From Epiperipatus broadwayi (taxonomy: Eukaryota; Animalia; Onychophora): a stretch of DNA of 64,000 nt. A program made the position numbers and the translations under genes. This document shows positions 26,804 through 41,527 of this stretch, piece after piece (positions within the stretch are counted from its first letter, which is position 1; every line of letters starts with the position of its first letter). The stretch covers positions 14,632,001 to 14,696,000 of the forward strand of contig JAQFVV010000001.1 of the NCBI GenBank assembly GCA_028023455.1. The letters run 5' to 3'. Under the pieces are notes generated by a model, which saw nothing but the letters and a program-made list of their open reading frames with translations, was not told the origin of the DNA and did not search any database.

Positions 26804-28157
26804 TTACATAAAAAACATAGCGCTATATAAAAATAATATCTCATTATATTTTATTTTATGTTTCTTCAAATGTAAACAAATTAATTAATAATTCTAAAAA
26901 CCTAACATCTAAAAAACAAAAAAAAATGATCCATATGTGAATCAAAATGATCTTTAGAAAAAATATTAAAATTTTAATCAAGTACTCTATAACCATATAA
27001 AAAATGCTATAAATAATCAGACTAATATTGCTTCAATTTTCTTTGATTATGAAAAATCTTGTAACTTCAAATTTAATTCAGATCACACAGGAATATGATA
27101 TGAAAAAGAGATCATAGAAAAAATAAATTAAAAAGGCAATTCTTATAAATCAATTTTAAGAATTCTATGACATATAGACAAAGTGCTAATACTGATATAT
27201 ATATATAGTTCTTGAAAAATCACAGAACAGATGTTTCTTTTTTTGCCCTAAGTTCGGTTAATAACGATTACAATATAAGTAATCAAAAGTTCTTTTATAT
27301 AAATTATATATTATTACAGTTGATTTTTTAACCTCATTACAATTTACAACTATTACATATAATTCAAAAACAAAGTCTAGATGTCAGTATATATAATACT
27401 CTGTCATATGTATATATATATATATGTAAATATAAATATTCATATACATTTACAATAAAGTTTGTTATATTTGTTGTCAAATAACTTATTTAGGTATTAT
27501 AGCAGATATACAATACTGATAGTGATAATCAAAAAACAATCTGCAATTTTAAGTCTTAATGTTACATTGCAAATTCAAATTTTATGCTGACATAGAAATT
27601 TGCATTTTCAAAAACGATGTGAAACATTAAATATTGTCAATTCAAGTTTTTAAAAAATTACATTTTCTTTCAGGTCTATTACAGTTAGAATTATTTCATA
27701 TAAAGACAGATTAATGTTTGGTTACTATTATCATTGTGAGTTTTTGAATTTTCTTCAGTAGGATTACCACTTACATAATTTTTCTCTCCATTTACTGAGA
27801 GTCATTTAAAAATGCAATGATAAACTTTAAGTAAAAAACATTTATTTAAAAAAAAAAATTAAAAACCTCAATTTTTTTGAATAATAACTACCAGAATACA
27901 ATAACATATATAAATATATATGAAAGAAAGCCGGTAATGTATGTTATCAAAAGTATAAATTTTTATTGAAATATATTAAATAATTGTATAAACTTTTAAC
28001 AAGTACAGTAAATATTTGAATTCGGTATTAACTGAATTTTCAATTCATTTTTTTTTTTTTTTTTTTCAATATAAAAAATCTAAAATAATGTAAAAAAAAT
28101 TATGAAATACAGTTTAAATATAATAGATGATGAGTTTAAAAATATTTATTTACTTAC

Positions 28158-28438
28158 AGGTTCTAAATGCGATAAGAGATTACAAAGACAGTTCCACTTA
28201 AGTAAACTAGTTGGATAAAATGCATGAAAGCAACTAACATAAGTACGGTGGCATTCAGTCAAAATGGCATCCATCATTTGTTCATATCTTTTAGCTTCTT
28301 TTTTACTCACTGACAAACTATCACGTCGAAGCGTGATAGTAGGAAGATGGTCTGATAATATTTTGCATAGTAATAAACGTGTTTCTACAACACATTCAGC
28401 TAAACGAGTTGTCTCCGGAGGATTTTTACGAGTCAATG
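28158..28438 (-). CDS. MYCBP2: MYCBP2 exon: ALTRKNPPETTRLAECVVETRLLLCKILSD...ECHRTYVSCFHAFYPTSLLKWNCLCNLLSHLEP
   Basis: TAG acceptor and GTAAG donor; 281 nt, phase 1 to 0. Matches the recalled LAEC..KTR.LLRKILS and ECH.TF..CFHSFYPT..LQW.CLC.LL motifs. Confidence 0.95.
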
Positions 28439-29929
28439 CTATGAAAGTAAATAAATAAAAAAATTAAACATTTGAATAGTGTTAACAGAAATAAATAAAA
28501 ATAATAAAAAAACTAAAATATATAAAAATGTTTTCTAATAAAAAAGCATTTTATTTCTTCAGTTGTTATGTTCTAGATAGCACTAACTTATATTCTCAAT
28601 ATATATTCTGATTCACAATGAATACATTATCTTCAGATAAATCCAGGGTGAAATTCTCACAACACGTACACCGCCTGTGGTTTCTTCATTTCTTTCTACA
28701 TTTTTCTAAAATATAAAATTAACAATATAATATAATTTTCTTTTTGATTTAATAAATTCAGGACCTTTATTCATTTCCCTCTAAAGTTTGTATAATAAAT
28801 AGATACTATATAAAAGTGCGATATTCATATCCCAGGACTAGTTCTGGTTAATGGTCTTATTCAATGAGCTTTGTATTTTGAAAAATGTTCAATCATTAAT
28901 CTTCAAATGTTACTTAATTAACATTCAAAGATTATAATGAAAAATTAAAAATATAATAATTAATCAAAACCAATTTCATCTTAAGAGACAATTCATTTCA
29001 CCTTATTTTACTCAAATTTAGTTTTATATCAAATTCCATTTTTTAAAGCTAAGTTCTCAAATATCTTTTTATATTAACCATCATAACTTTCACAAAAATA
29101 TAAATGATTTAATTATCAAAATTTATTATTGAGAATAGTGTTGTTGGATTTCTGCATTCAAGATTTTAATGAACTCTTAAAATTGTTATTTGTGATCATG
29201 CATGCTGGAGACATAATTAAAAATTATATGGTGGGTTTAAACATCACTATTTTTTTACATTGATGTATGTGTTACAAAGACAATCAAGATGGCTTTGCGA
29301 TAATGAAAATATAACAAATAAAATAATGAAATATTAAGATAGTTATAAAGGAATTTTTTGATTGAAAAATAAATAAAATGCATTAGAAGATAATTTCAAT
29401 GGTTAAGAGAATGACTTGATAAGGATTTGTTGTTAAACATAATAGGGCTGTTCCATTATTAATTTAAAAAATCACCAATACTTTTTATTATTAATTCTGA
29501 CTGACATAAATTATAGTGTCAAAGGCAATAGTATCATATTAAAAACCATACCTATTGCAAAAACAGAAATGCAAAATCATTAAGATTTACAAAGAATGAT
29601 GAATTTTATGATAAATGAAATAAAATTATTACAAATAATATATATTTATAATATATAGCAAAAATTATAAATAATCAGAATGATATTTTTTATAATTAAA
29701 ATATTTATATCATTGTAATAAGATATGATTAAATCTTAAAAGATATACAAATTGAATTTTGTTTCCTTGAAACAATGTTTATCTTAGTCATATCATTTAT
29801 ATATTAAAACAACATATAATAATTTTAATATAAAATATTAAAAAATGATAGTTCAGAAAATAAAACAGTACATCAAAAGTTTGTATCTCAAAAGTTATTA
29901 CCTTAACAATGAACAATGACAATCAGTTT

Positions 29930-30125
29930 TACAACAGGCAAAACTCTCCATACAGTAGTGCCACTCGGTGCAAGTCAGAGTAATCAATGAATGCCAAAAG
30001 GCTTATGCATGAAATCCCTATCTAGTGCCTATTCATCCAATATCCCCAGACTAGTTTTTAGTTTTGCCTGTTTTAATAACAATTATGAGCAAGCATAAGA
30101 AATAGTGATCATGTGATGTTTAGTG
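29930..30125. repeat. Family A fragment with internal inversion
   Basis: 29930-30060 is the minus-strand piece including the 3' half of the HHR. 30061-30125 is the plus-strand continuation ending GTGATCATGTGATGTTTAGTG. Confidence 0.8.
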
Positions 30126-30569
30126 ATAATCAGTTTTCTTTTAATTCTTTTCCATAGTTCATTTTTAATTCTATTCACAGAAATATATAATTCAATTTTC
30201 TGTTATCTTTTATTATATTATATTTTCTCTTTATATTTAAATAATTTACTTTAATTTGTGGAATCCTGATTGATGGTGGCACCACCTCATTCATTATTAT
30301 TATTATTTTATTAAAATCAGTTTCCAGAAAAACTGATATTTGCTTTTATATAATATTTTTTTTACTTTAATAATTTCAATGTAATGCAAGCTACAATTAA
30401 ATGAGAATAATTACCTATAACAATTTATTTAAAAAATATTTTGATTAAGACATATTTATGTAAAAAAAGTTTTAAAATGGGAAGATCTAAGTATTTTAAT
30501 TATTTTTATCTACTTGTGTATTGTTTGTTATGCTTATTATAAAATATATATATAAATGTTTTAAAAAAG

Positions 30570-31020
30570 ACTGGCAAGAATTCTTGTGGAAAGTGCAAAT
30601 GTATGATGAAGGGTATGAAAATAAATTAGAAGAATGAAATGGAGTTTTAAAAGTATTTTGTAGTAAAAATTATGTAAAAAAAATTGAACAAAAAGAATTA
30701 GGTCCAGATGAACTTCAGAACCTCGAATGTTCAATGATTCATATCAATATGAAATTGCTGGATTTTTTTATTGGGAAGAATAACTTCAAAAAATCAAAGC
30801 AACTACTGATTTAAGAATCTATTAACAACAAATTTATTGAATATGAAATCATTTATAATATAATTAAAATATGGAATAACTTTAGCAAATTGGAAAAAAA
30901 TATGACAAAATCTATGATAAAATTCATAAATAAACTTCTTATATATATATGAACTGAAACTTGAATCCCAAGTCTGGGAATACTTGGAAATATTTTCACA
31001 CACACTTAGGATTTCTCTTT
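30570..31020 (+). mobile_element. Possible piggyBac-like transposase remnant
   Basis: Decayed peptides KSMIKF (cf. DESMIKF) and FFIG. Multiple stops. Confidence 0.3.
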
Positions 31021-33599
31021 CAGATTCAATTAACTATAGGCTGATAAACAAAAATCTCATTATTCTTAGAAAGAGAGTTAAATAATAATAATAATAATAA
31101 AAATAAATTGTTTAAACTCTCATAATGTAGCAGTTGGATGATGATTAATCATAAAGTCTTCCCTTTGATTATTCTCTTTAGATAGCTTTTGAAGAAATCA
31201 AAAAGATCATCAAAAACAATTTTAATAATACCTTCTATCTCTCATTATACATATCAATATTCCAAATACATTTTATCTACTTTTTTTAAATTTAAACTAT
31301 TTTACTAATTACTTATGCATATGTATATCCATGTATAAATTGTAAATGTAAAGCTCCTATAAGTTTTTGCATTAATAACCATAATCTATAATTATAAAGA
31401 TAAATTACTGCATTCTTTTTTCTTTTGAATGAAAATTTTTTTATTGGCAATAACAATATTTCAGCCAAACTACATTGGCCATCCTCAGAATTAATTATAA
31501 AAAGAAATTACAAAGAAAAGTTGAAAAATTGTAAATGAAGATGATAAACAAAAATTGCATACATAAATTCAAATCATTATTACTTCTAATCATTAACATA
31601 TGTAAATCCATAATATTATTCTATGTATGTGTAATATATTTAAACAGTAATAAAATGTAAAATAAAGCTAACTTTGATGAAGATACTCTGCATTAAAAAT
31701 CTTGGCTTAGCAATTTTTTGAAGTTACTATATTATTTATCAATAGTCCACAGACTCTTGTGGAATACAATATATATATACATAAAAATATTCAAAATACA
31801 TAAATATAATGTGTATTCATATTTACTTAATTATATATATAAATATATAGATCCATAAATGCTGTTTATATGTATGCTTTGCCATACTATTCAACTTGAT
31901 TAAGCTGTATCCTATACAACATTGAGTAAAAAAAAAAATACTAGTCAATAAAAAAAAATTAAATGTTTGCATTATTTTACAATTTACTAATACAAGAGTA
32001 TATTAAATAAAATCAAGAAAGTCATATATAAAAATAATTTAAAATTAACAAAGCAGTATCAAAATTATATAACAAATATACATCCATGACAAATCAAATG
32101 TATACAAAATGCAAATCCAAAAGAAATATTATTGAATATATGACATCTGGAATTTACAAATACAAGTATATATTAATATATATGTATGTAAAATAATAAT
32201 AATATTTATTTAAAAAACAAAATGTAATTAATATATTTTCATAAAAGAGAATGATTGAAAAACAAACATTGTTTGAAAATGCAAAAAAAATGTAATTTAT
32301 TTACAAAGCAAACTTTTAGAAAAATATTAAATAAACAATAATAGCAAATATAATTTGTTGAAATAATGTACAAACAAATCCACAAATTAATTTTGGTATA
32401 ATTGTGTGCAGAAGTATCCATAATAAATTAAAATCCAAAATGGTATTAGTCTCTGTATAGTGATTGATAGTAATAAATATCTGTCCAAAAGGCTGATAAA
32501 ATTAATTACGTTTGACAAAAATGTTCATTTAAATAATCTGTAAATAACTAGACTGTCATTATCAATGAATTAGAAAACAAAGAAGCACTAAAACATTTTA
32601 AATTCGCACAACAGAAAAAATTATTTACATTAATTAAAAGAAATGCAAAAACAATCATTTAACAGAGAAATTGTACTTAAATCTTGACTCACTATTTTCG
32701 AACTGCAACACTGATGCTGTTTAAACTTTAGTTATTTTAAATCTGAAATACTTTTCATCCTTTATAAAATTTAACTTAAAATGATGTTAAAAAAATTCTA
32801 TTTCCAAATGATAAATAATAAAAAGACTGTCTCATTTAATTCCCCAATGACATTAGCAACAATTTTTATAACATTAGGTTCGTTTTCAAAACAAATTATT
32901 TTTACATTCACATTTGTAAATATAGATATATAATCATTTTGTATTATGAAATTATATTAATTACATGTTTGTTTTCTAAATGAATAATATTATTTTTATC
33001 ATTTTCAAATGTAATATATTTTCATTTCTCTCTTTTTTTTTTATCTTTAATTTTGCGCAGAAAAATGCGTTTCTTTTCCAATCACTCTCTATTATAAAAA
33101 TATATTAAATACATGTTTATTTTCTGATTAAATACTCATTTTATTTTTATCCCAAAAATTTTAGTTATTGATCTATTTATTTGTTTTGTTAAATATTTTT
33201 AATCACAAAATGTATGATTTTCTTGATGATATTTAATATACATTATTAATAAAATCAAGAATAATGCATACAATTTATTTTTCCCCAATTAGTTTTTCTT
33301 TCACTCAATGTTGAATAATATACAGCTCTATTACAAAATATATGCAAATGGCAACTATCCATATATAAACTGACTTTTAAAATAATATAACTTTTTAAAT
33401 AATAACAATTTCAATATAAAAATAATTTCAGACATAATATAATAAAAAATAATAACTACCAATAATTAAACGAAATCAAAGTGCAAAAGTTATGGGTTAA
33501 TAATTTATCAACTAAATAGAACCAATTTTATAGTAAACAAATTATATTAGTTAAATTAATTAATTTCAAAATCCATAGTTTCCATATAGTAAATGCTTT

Positions 33600-34900
33600 T
33601 GAAATATCATCACCATCATCATCGTGTGCTCTTCCGATCTATAATTTTCTTTAATATAGCTGTGTATAGGCATATATGTGCAATTTTATAGTATTTTTTC
33701 TAATATTGGCATTTCTTTATGCGATGTTAAAACACTGTCATGTTATCCATGTTTGTTGGACAGTTCGTGGAATTAATATTCCTTGTAACTCATTTTTTAA
33801 TCTGTTTTAAGACTGGATTTATATATAGAATAAACAGCAGTGTGTTGAGTGGGGATCCTTATGACATTGATTGTGTGGGAGTAAACAATGTTGTGTTTCT
33901 GCCACTTAAGTGTGAGGTATATCTCACAGTTAAGTAATAGATTTGCAATGATGTATAACAGGGTAAGTGGAATTGCTGATTAAGTTTTGGTGGTTTGAAC
34001 ATTGTGCAGTAACATACCCCCTTTGTTTTCATGAGTAACAATGTGGTTTCAGACCTCTGATATATAGATTGAGCACTGCTTCCTGATCCAGAATTTGTGT
34101 TAGTATATAATCTGGATCAGTATCTGGATGCAGTTTTATTCTGAACTTGTGTTACTCGTGATTAGTATTGATATGTCTTTCCGGTATTACTGTTTTGAAC
34201 ATAATGTCCTTGCTGAACAGTTCCATCATCCTCTGGAAATCTTGTTCTGTATATTCTAAGTAGGTGTTCTTAATTATTCCTGTAATGATATTATGATAGT
34301 TCTGGTCAATGGTAATCAGTGTGAAGTTACCTAATGATTTGACTTGTCTTTGAAATCTCTCCCTTTGTGTGATTTCATAAAATTCCAATATTAGGTACTG
34401 TTCATTAGGATGTTCTGCAATTTGTTGTATGATGACCCTGAATCCATTTACTGTTATTGCCTCGTACAGCAATTCTGTTGCTGACAACACAATGGACTGG
34501 GGGGAGGGAGATATCTTGGAATATTGTGAAGAAGGCTTTGGTATTGATTTGTTGAACAATTCAGTTGTGATCAATTTTTCTTCATTCCAGACAATTTCTG
34601 GTGGATTTTGACTTTCCTATTTTCAATTTCTAAGTTATCTAGGTCTCTATTGGTAGGTTTCCTATATCTAGGAACGATCTTTTAAGAAGTAGTTGCACTG
34701 CTTTTTTTTTTATCTCTTTACTGATATCTAAATTAAATTGACTATCAGTTTTTTTGTCAGAATAAATGAATTCATTTTTTTTTTCTTTCTTTTCCCTTGA
34801 CCATGGCTGCAAATGTTGGCATGTTTCTTTTCTTTTTTATAGTTTTCATTGGTGTTCTGTTGTTTGTAATGCTAAAATAAAAGATATCAAAATCGTAATC
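33600..34900 (-). mobile_element. Decayed ORF1/gag of a non-LTR retrotransposon with a CCHC zinc knuckle
   Basis: ORF 34152-34574 continues downstream. At ~33990-34045 the minus strand reads C-Y-S-(stop for C)-K-Q-R-G-(frameshifted H)-V-T-A-Q-C, i.e. CX2CX4HX4C. Confidence 0.65.
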
Positions 34901-34979
34901 GTAGTCGGACAAAAGAAAGAAATTCAAACTTTTTAAACAATAACAAACACATATAAATGTCTTATTTACTTATTAAACA

Positions 34980-35560
34980 TGTTTATAATATGTGCTTTCT
35001 ATGAAATTTACAAAAAATCGTGTATATTTTTATTGGACAGCAGAAATACTCGGCTTCTGTTGTTGGCAACTGCGGAAAAAGTTGATCGCCATCCATTTTA
35101 TAAACTACGTGGTATTTCACGTGAAAACGAGATTTCGCACGCGATATCGGCCGAATTCTTTTTTACTTACCCTCGGCAAGCTTTTACACCTTACAGATTC
35201 TCTAAACAAAGGTGTGGCCATTTAGAAAATTACTATAAATTCATGTTTATTAAATAAATTATAAATACAAATATTGTGTAACGTATATTGTAAAAATTTG
35301 ACTAATCCAACTAAACACACATATATATCAAATTGTAAATGAAAGATAAGTGTGTGGATTCACAATAACTGTCGCGAAGCAGAAATAGGCCGTATTATTT
35401 CTGCGTTACGCATCATAAACGGTCTTCTAATGGCTAAGACAAACATAGATGTTTTCTATAGCCATAAGTCAGGCCTTGTAAACGGCATTTGTTAGGTATT
35501 TTGGCGAGCCAGAACGCCATCAAGTGGCCAAGCCCGATTATGTTATAAGTACCAAAATTA
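34980..35560. mobile_element. CpG-rich truncated DNA-transposon-like fragment related to the 23936-24740 TIR
   Basis: 35480-35553 (AGGCCTTGTAAACGG...GCCATCAAGTGGC...AGTACC) resembles the right TIR of that element. No matching left end was seen. Confidence 0.4.
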
Positions 35561-35899
35561 CAATTCATAATCAAAATTTGAAACTATGTATTGTTATCTA
35601 CATGTATAAATACATGTTTTCTACAGTAAATTCAATTTCTTTTTAATATTAGTTATAAAGTAATCACAAAATATATCAATGTTATTGAATTTTTGATTAT
35701 ATTTCTTTTGCAATCTGTTAATGACAGATTTGTTTAAAAAATAATTATTTTTTTTTAATGTTAAAAGTGTACACTTCTCTTAACAAATGAGAAGGCACAC
35801 TTAATTCTATTTTAGATATATACTCATTAACATCATTTTTTCCACCAATTAACTTTTTAAGAATACCATATCTTTATTTAGTATTGTTTTAAGAATTTA

Positions 35900-37080
35900 A
35901 ATTTTCTCCCTTTATTAGCTTAATAAATCTTTTCTCTACATTAGAAATTTTAGATTCAATATAAATAATCCAAATTCCATATAAAAGAACCATACTCCAA
36001 CAAAGAATACAATAAGATAACAGAATAATATAAGGAGATAAATCTGCCAAATCTCAAAATACATCCCATCGGTCTATATACTTTATTTATAATATATTTT
36101 ATCTGCTCATTAAAAGTAAAATGATTACAAAATATAATTCCTAGATCAAAACAACTTCTCTGCATATAATAACATCTTCAATCTTATAATGATAAACAGA
36201 TCTATCTATTTCATTGGTGCAAGAGACAATACATGTTTTACTTAAATTTATTTTTATATTATTAAATTTACAACACTCTTTGAAATAAACAAGATCTTTT
36301 TGAAGATCAATATAATCATCATATGTGCTAATTCTTTCAAATAATTTACAATTATATGCATAGGTAAGTATTACATGAAAACATTAAAAAGTAAAGTTAC
36401 TAATATTCCATCATGAGGAATCTAAATCTTATTTTTGAATAACTTAGAGTTAATTTTATCTATACAAATGTAAGAGCATGAATTTTCCAAATAATTAATA
36501 AACCCATACAATTAAATTGTAACTAATTCCCATCAGTTTATCTTTATATATTAAGTGATTATGTGCCCCATTATGAAATGCCTATGATATATCAAAATAA
36601 ATAACATCAAGTTGCATCTGTACAGAAAGAGCATGAGCAATATGATCAGATATTACTATTAAGTTAGTATCAACAGACTTTCCAGGTACAAAACCATGTT
36701 GACAATTAAGCAAGACCATAATCATATACATCTTTCATAAATCCTAGCAAATGAAAACAGTACTGAGATAGGTCTGGGCACAATCTTAGAAATTTTAAAT
36801 AAGTCAAGAACAATGCATTTTTCAATAGACAAATTAATTATATAATATAATAAAGTTACCAAACAGTCTGCACAGCTCTTAACAATAAAATTAGGAATAT
36901 TATCATATCCCATAAATGATTTAGATTTAAGTTTGTACATTGCATTAAGCACATCAGTAATATTAATTTTATCTATATCAATATTCCCACTACTTTTATT
37001 ATTTGATGATGATAATGATAAGAATAATAATGAAAAACTGACAGTAGACATATTAATTTAAAAATTATCTATAAAATTTT
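35900..37080 (-). mobile_element. CR1/Jockey-like LINE RT remnant
   Basis: KSFMGYDNIPNFIVKSCADCLVTLLYYIINLS...RPISVLFSFARIYERCI, GFVPGKSVDTNL, VIYFDIS and DLGIIF...LEYGSFIW motifs. Confidence 0.85.
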
Positions 37081-39339
37081 ACATTTTTTACAAATTAGTT
37101 TATCTTTGGCCATTGGTACGTACTATGTTCCCCCTTTGATGGGGAGTACATAAGCTAAAACAATACCATTTACTTTTTAGAGATTTGACAAAATTAATTA
37201 AACAAGTTAATTTTTAAGTTTTGATTTTAATCTGTGTAATTATTGTTTTGTTTTTTCATTGTATATAAAAATTAGTTTATATAAATTAGCTTAAAGAGTC
37301 CGCTGTTTGAAATTCAAATTATATTTATTCACAGAGGACATTGTGAAATATTATAATGTTTGAGAAGGTGATTTGAATATTTTCTATTTAATTTTCAGCT
37401 AGCATAATACACTGGAATCTTTTTTAAAAAAATATTTTGTATATTGAAATTGTTATTATTTAAAAAAGTATTTTAAAAATCAATTTAAGGATATGTATAT
37501 ATAAGTATATATCCCAATTAAATAATTATTAATAATGTTAATTTTTAATTTATGCTCTCTATAAAAGTTTTCCATGATTTTTTTCATTAAAGCTGCCATT
37601 TAAAAACTTGTGGAAAAATTTTAAAGAGGACATAATATGTATACACATTTGTATATTTACATATTTTGAATATCTGCATACAGCAATATTTTGAAAGGAT
37701 TAAAATACATAAATGGTCAAAAGCAGTAATATTTTTAATTTATTTCTACAATAACAACATTTTCAATTTTTTAGGTTATATTTGTGATTTCTTTTTAAAG
37801 TTAATTCTGAAGATGACAATGCAGCTGGTTTAGGGGAAACATTAATTGCTAATATATTTTTTTTTCGATTCAAATATATATATACAATGATTTATTTTTA
37901 TAATTAAGTATAAATACAAAAAATTAAAAAGATAAAGATGGTACATAAGTAGTAAAAAAGAGAATTCATTAAAACATGAAATAAAAATAATAAGCTTTCA
38001 GGTAGATTGAAGCTATAAAAAAGTTGTAAAACTTTAATTAAATTTTAAAAAATGCAAAGCACAAGAATCTCAACCTTTAAAGAAAAAGAGTTTGAATAAA
38101 TTAATTAATTAATACGTGTAATATGATTCAAAAGAATGGACATAGATTTACTCTCACTAGTTTATGATTCTAGTAGTGAAAACACCATATCATAAAAATG
38201 TAAAAATTTTAGAATGATTATCTTAATTATCACTATGATACGCTTAAAAGTTTTTTTGAATAGTTTTCAATAAATTAAACATGTTAATGTCTGAAAAGCA
38301 GTTTACATTTTCAAAAGATAGAGATATAAGAGATACTACTCAAGAGTTCAGAACTATTTCCAGAAAAATATAATATTGCAATAATAATAATATAATAGGA
38401 GGGTGGGGAGGAATAGTTATTTGTTTTGTTGATCTTGAAGTTATTTGGTAGTGTATGTATTGGATTGCTTTATTGAATACATAGGAGAAAAAAAAAGAAG
38501 ATATGAATTGAAAAAAAAAACCATTCAAAAATCTATTTATAAATAAAATATTTGTATAATCCAGAGAGAGAAAGTAAGAAAAATAAGTTTTAATTAATGA
38601 TACAATTTTAGAAAGGAATGAAATGAATGTATTTCCAGATAATTACATTGATTGAGATAAAATTCTATGTAAAATAGATAGAACTTGCATAAGATTTAAG
38701 GTGAAATTAAATTTAATAAAAAAGTAAAGCAATATAAAGGAATCATGAGATTACAATTAAACATTAGACAGGAAATTAGAGTAGGTTAATGTGCTTTAAA
38801 GTATTCGGGAAACTAGATAACAGTTAATAAAATTAATGATAAAGACAAATGAATAAAAATTTCAAAGTCTTTAAACAAGTTTTTAATAAAATTAGATTTT
38901 TCCTTTGATTCTTTGAAATTAAATTTTAAAAAGAGTAATTTTAATGAAAAAGAAAAACATTAATAATTAAAATAAAAAGAGAAAGAAAAGATTGGAAGTT
39001 TTAGACATATTGATTTAAAAAAGAATGACAGAAATAACTTGTAAAATAATGTTAGCAAGTAAAAATGTAAAAAAAAATATAAAAAAATCATTCACTGAAA
39101 AAAATTATGAAAACAAAAATGAATTGGACTGAGCATACATTTCAGTTCCATGAAATTATGAAGACCTTCAAAAGTGTCCATGGAGAATAAAAAATAATAA
39201 TAATAGTAATAAATATTGATAAAAAATCTTAATAACAAGAATAGTTATGAAGCCAAGAAATAGAAAGACGTAGGAAAAGTAGATTTAGAGTGTAAGATTT
39301 TTCTTTTGATACATAACTGATGATGATAAATATACTTAC

Positions 39340-39532
39340 CACCACTTGGATAGACTTCACTTGTGTATGTTCTTATAAGTCTCAAACTAGCAGTGCATAC
39401 ATAAACAAGGCGTTCCAAATCCAAAATCGCTGCTGTAAGTGTAACGCCACTCATCTGCTGGGCTTCTCTAATAGTTGACTTAAACATATCCCAACTCCAG
39501 CTGAATAATTTTAGCAATGAATCAAAACAATC
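39340..39532 (-). CDS. MYCBP2: MYCBP2 exon: DCFDSLLKLFSWSWDMF...LDLERLVYVCTASLRLIRTYTSEVYPSG
   Basis: CAG acceptor and GTAAG donor; 193 nt, phase 0 to 1. Contains the recognisable LDLERL...LRL.R.YT.E.YP motif (ORF track 39245-39517). Confidence 0.95.
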
Positions 39533-40219
39533 CTGAAAATATTTAAAGGATTTAAAACAAAATATACTTAATTAAAAGTATAACTAATCTATTAACATTC
39601 TTTGCTTTGTAAAAACAAATTATAACATTAATTATATTGTAAGTAGATTGTGACATCTCTTTTGTTTTTATTTTTTTATGTAAATCTACTGACTACAAAA
39701 TAAAAGTAATTGATACTCAATTGACCAAATTCCCGGACTTGGTATAAAGAGTAACAAAGAAAGATGAGATCTAAAATTAAATTATTACATTAATTTTTTT
39801 TTTTAAAAATTATTAAAGAGACTAGAAATTAAAACTCTTAAACAATAGGAATGCATGCACAATACATAACGTGGATACAGATTGATACTTGAGAAAAGAA
39901 ATTGAATTGTTTTAATCAAGACAAAAAAAGATAATAATTTATTTCTAAGCTATTAACATATAATAAAAATAATGCTTAGAAATGAATTAATGTTCATTTT
40001 ATAATTTGATTGTGTTATAAGAAAACAAATTATCTCTAAAAGCTGTTGAAAATGATTATAAAAGGAAAAGCTTATAAAGGTCAAAGGAGTAATATTTTTC
40101 CATTACATTAATAATTCCAATAAAACACAAGGTTTAATAAGAATAATTATTAACTGGCTGAAGAAAGCAAAAAAGACCACATCTCTTCTAATCTAAAGCT
40201 GATAATATTAATTCTAACA

Positions 40220-40424
40220 AGAAAAACTCTCCATACAGTAGTGTCACTCAGTACCAACCAGAGTAATCAATGGATGTCAGAAGGTTTGTGCATAAAATCC
40301 CTATCTAGTGCCTACTCATCCAATATCCCCAGACTAGTTTCTGGCTTGTCAGTGAGGAGCTTTGGATCTGAGTAATATACTAGCATAAGAAATAGTGATC
40401 ATGTGATGTTTAGTGGTTTAATAT
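40220..40424. repeat. Family A fragment with internal inversion
   Basis: The minus piece 40220-40372 contains TCCTCACTGA[deletion]CAAGCCAGAAACTAGTCTGGGGATATTGG. The plus piece 40382-40424 ends TAGTGGTTTAATA. Confidence 0.85.
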
Positions 40425-41129
40425 TCTAATGAATATTAAGCAATACAGAAGGATGTGGGGGTAGAAAACTCATTAAACATTGCATATGGGTAACGGCCAG
40501 TCATATGCCTATTAATAATTCAACTTTATAAGCTAATAAACTCAGTAATGTCTTCACCATCACCAGAAGAAGACAGTATTCACAAGGATCATGGGGAAAG
40601 CAGCAATCAACAGAAGAATATTACCTGTCCACTGGCAAGCCATCAACCTATTACCTAGAGGCCAACCGACAACATCAAATGGACTACCAATTCTCAAGAT
40701 CCAGGAATTTTCCTAATCAAGAAGGAACCAGCCATCTTATCATATATGTATCCATGTGCTGAAAAATAGCTAATTACATGGATTAATTTCAATTTTTCAA
40801 ATTTTATATGTATCATGAAAAACCTATTTTTCTTTGTTGTTCAACACTTTGTTGTTATTTTTTTTTTATTGAAAGAATTGATGATCCAGCTCTGTAATCA
40901 TCAACCATAATTATGTAAGGGGAGGGGGTCTATAGTCAATCACTATAATTTTTCAGTGTAATAACATCTAGATGCTAGGACTGGATGACTGACTGGTGTT
41001 GAGGTGAGATTTTATCTATAAAATATTAAATGATCATATTAGTACTGGACAATTTTATGTTTATTGTTACTGTTAAATTAAATTGATTATTATTATTTGT
41101 TATTCTGTATATGACTGACTAAACCTCCT

Positions 41130-41490
41130 GTATGAATGGCTATTGCTATCACAAACACTGGTAATGTCAAAGAGGGACTTCATACCAAGACAACAGTCAC
41201 TAAATCATGATGCATTGCCATAGATTAAGGTAGACAAATTAAAGTCTGGAAATAAAAGGATTGGTCAACAGGATGATCATATCAAATTAATCATGAATTA
41301 TGTTTTTAAACTAAGTGAATGTTTAAAGCAGATAGTGAATGACCACTCTGCATGGGGTCAAAGGTTAGGGAATAATCATAATATTTTATGAATCAAATAA
41401 AGGATGACCTGACCTACTCCAACATCAAATTGATTTACTACAAAAGATTGTAAATACCCATAATGGAATAAAGCTGTTAATGATTTATTT
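41130..41490 (+). mobile_element. RTE-like LINE 3' remnant
   Basis: Decayed GSKVRE...YFMNQIKDDL resembles the G.R.RGR...Y.DQIK.DL tail. Confidence 0.4.
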
Positions 41491-41527
41491 TATTTAATTA
41501 GAATTTATGTTTCCTCATGTATCCAAC

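Noticed and set aside
35510-35550. CCAAGCCCG as a twister ribozyme motif
   Set aside because: The other twister core elements are absent; it is explained as a transposon TIR.
37800-37850. TAATT-CTGAAGA...GAAACATT-AATTG
   Set aside because: Core and a weak stem I are present, but the stem II region does not pair and stem III needs an assumed CpG mutation.
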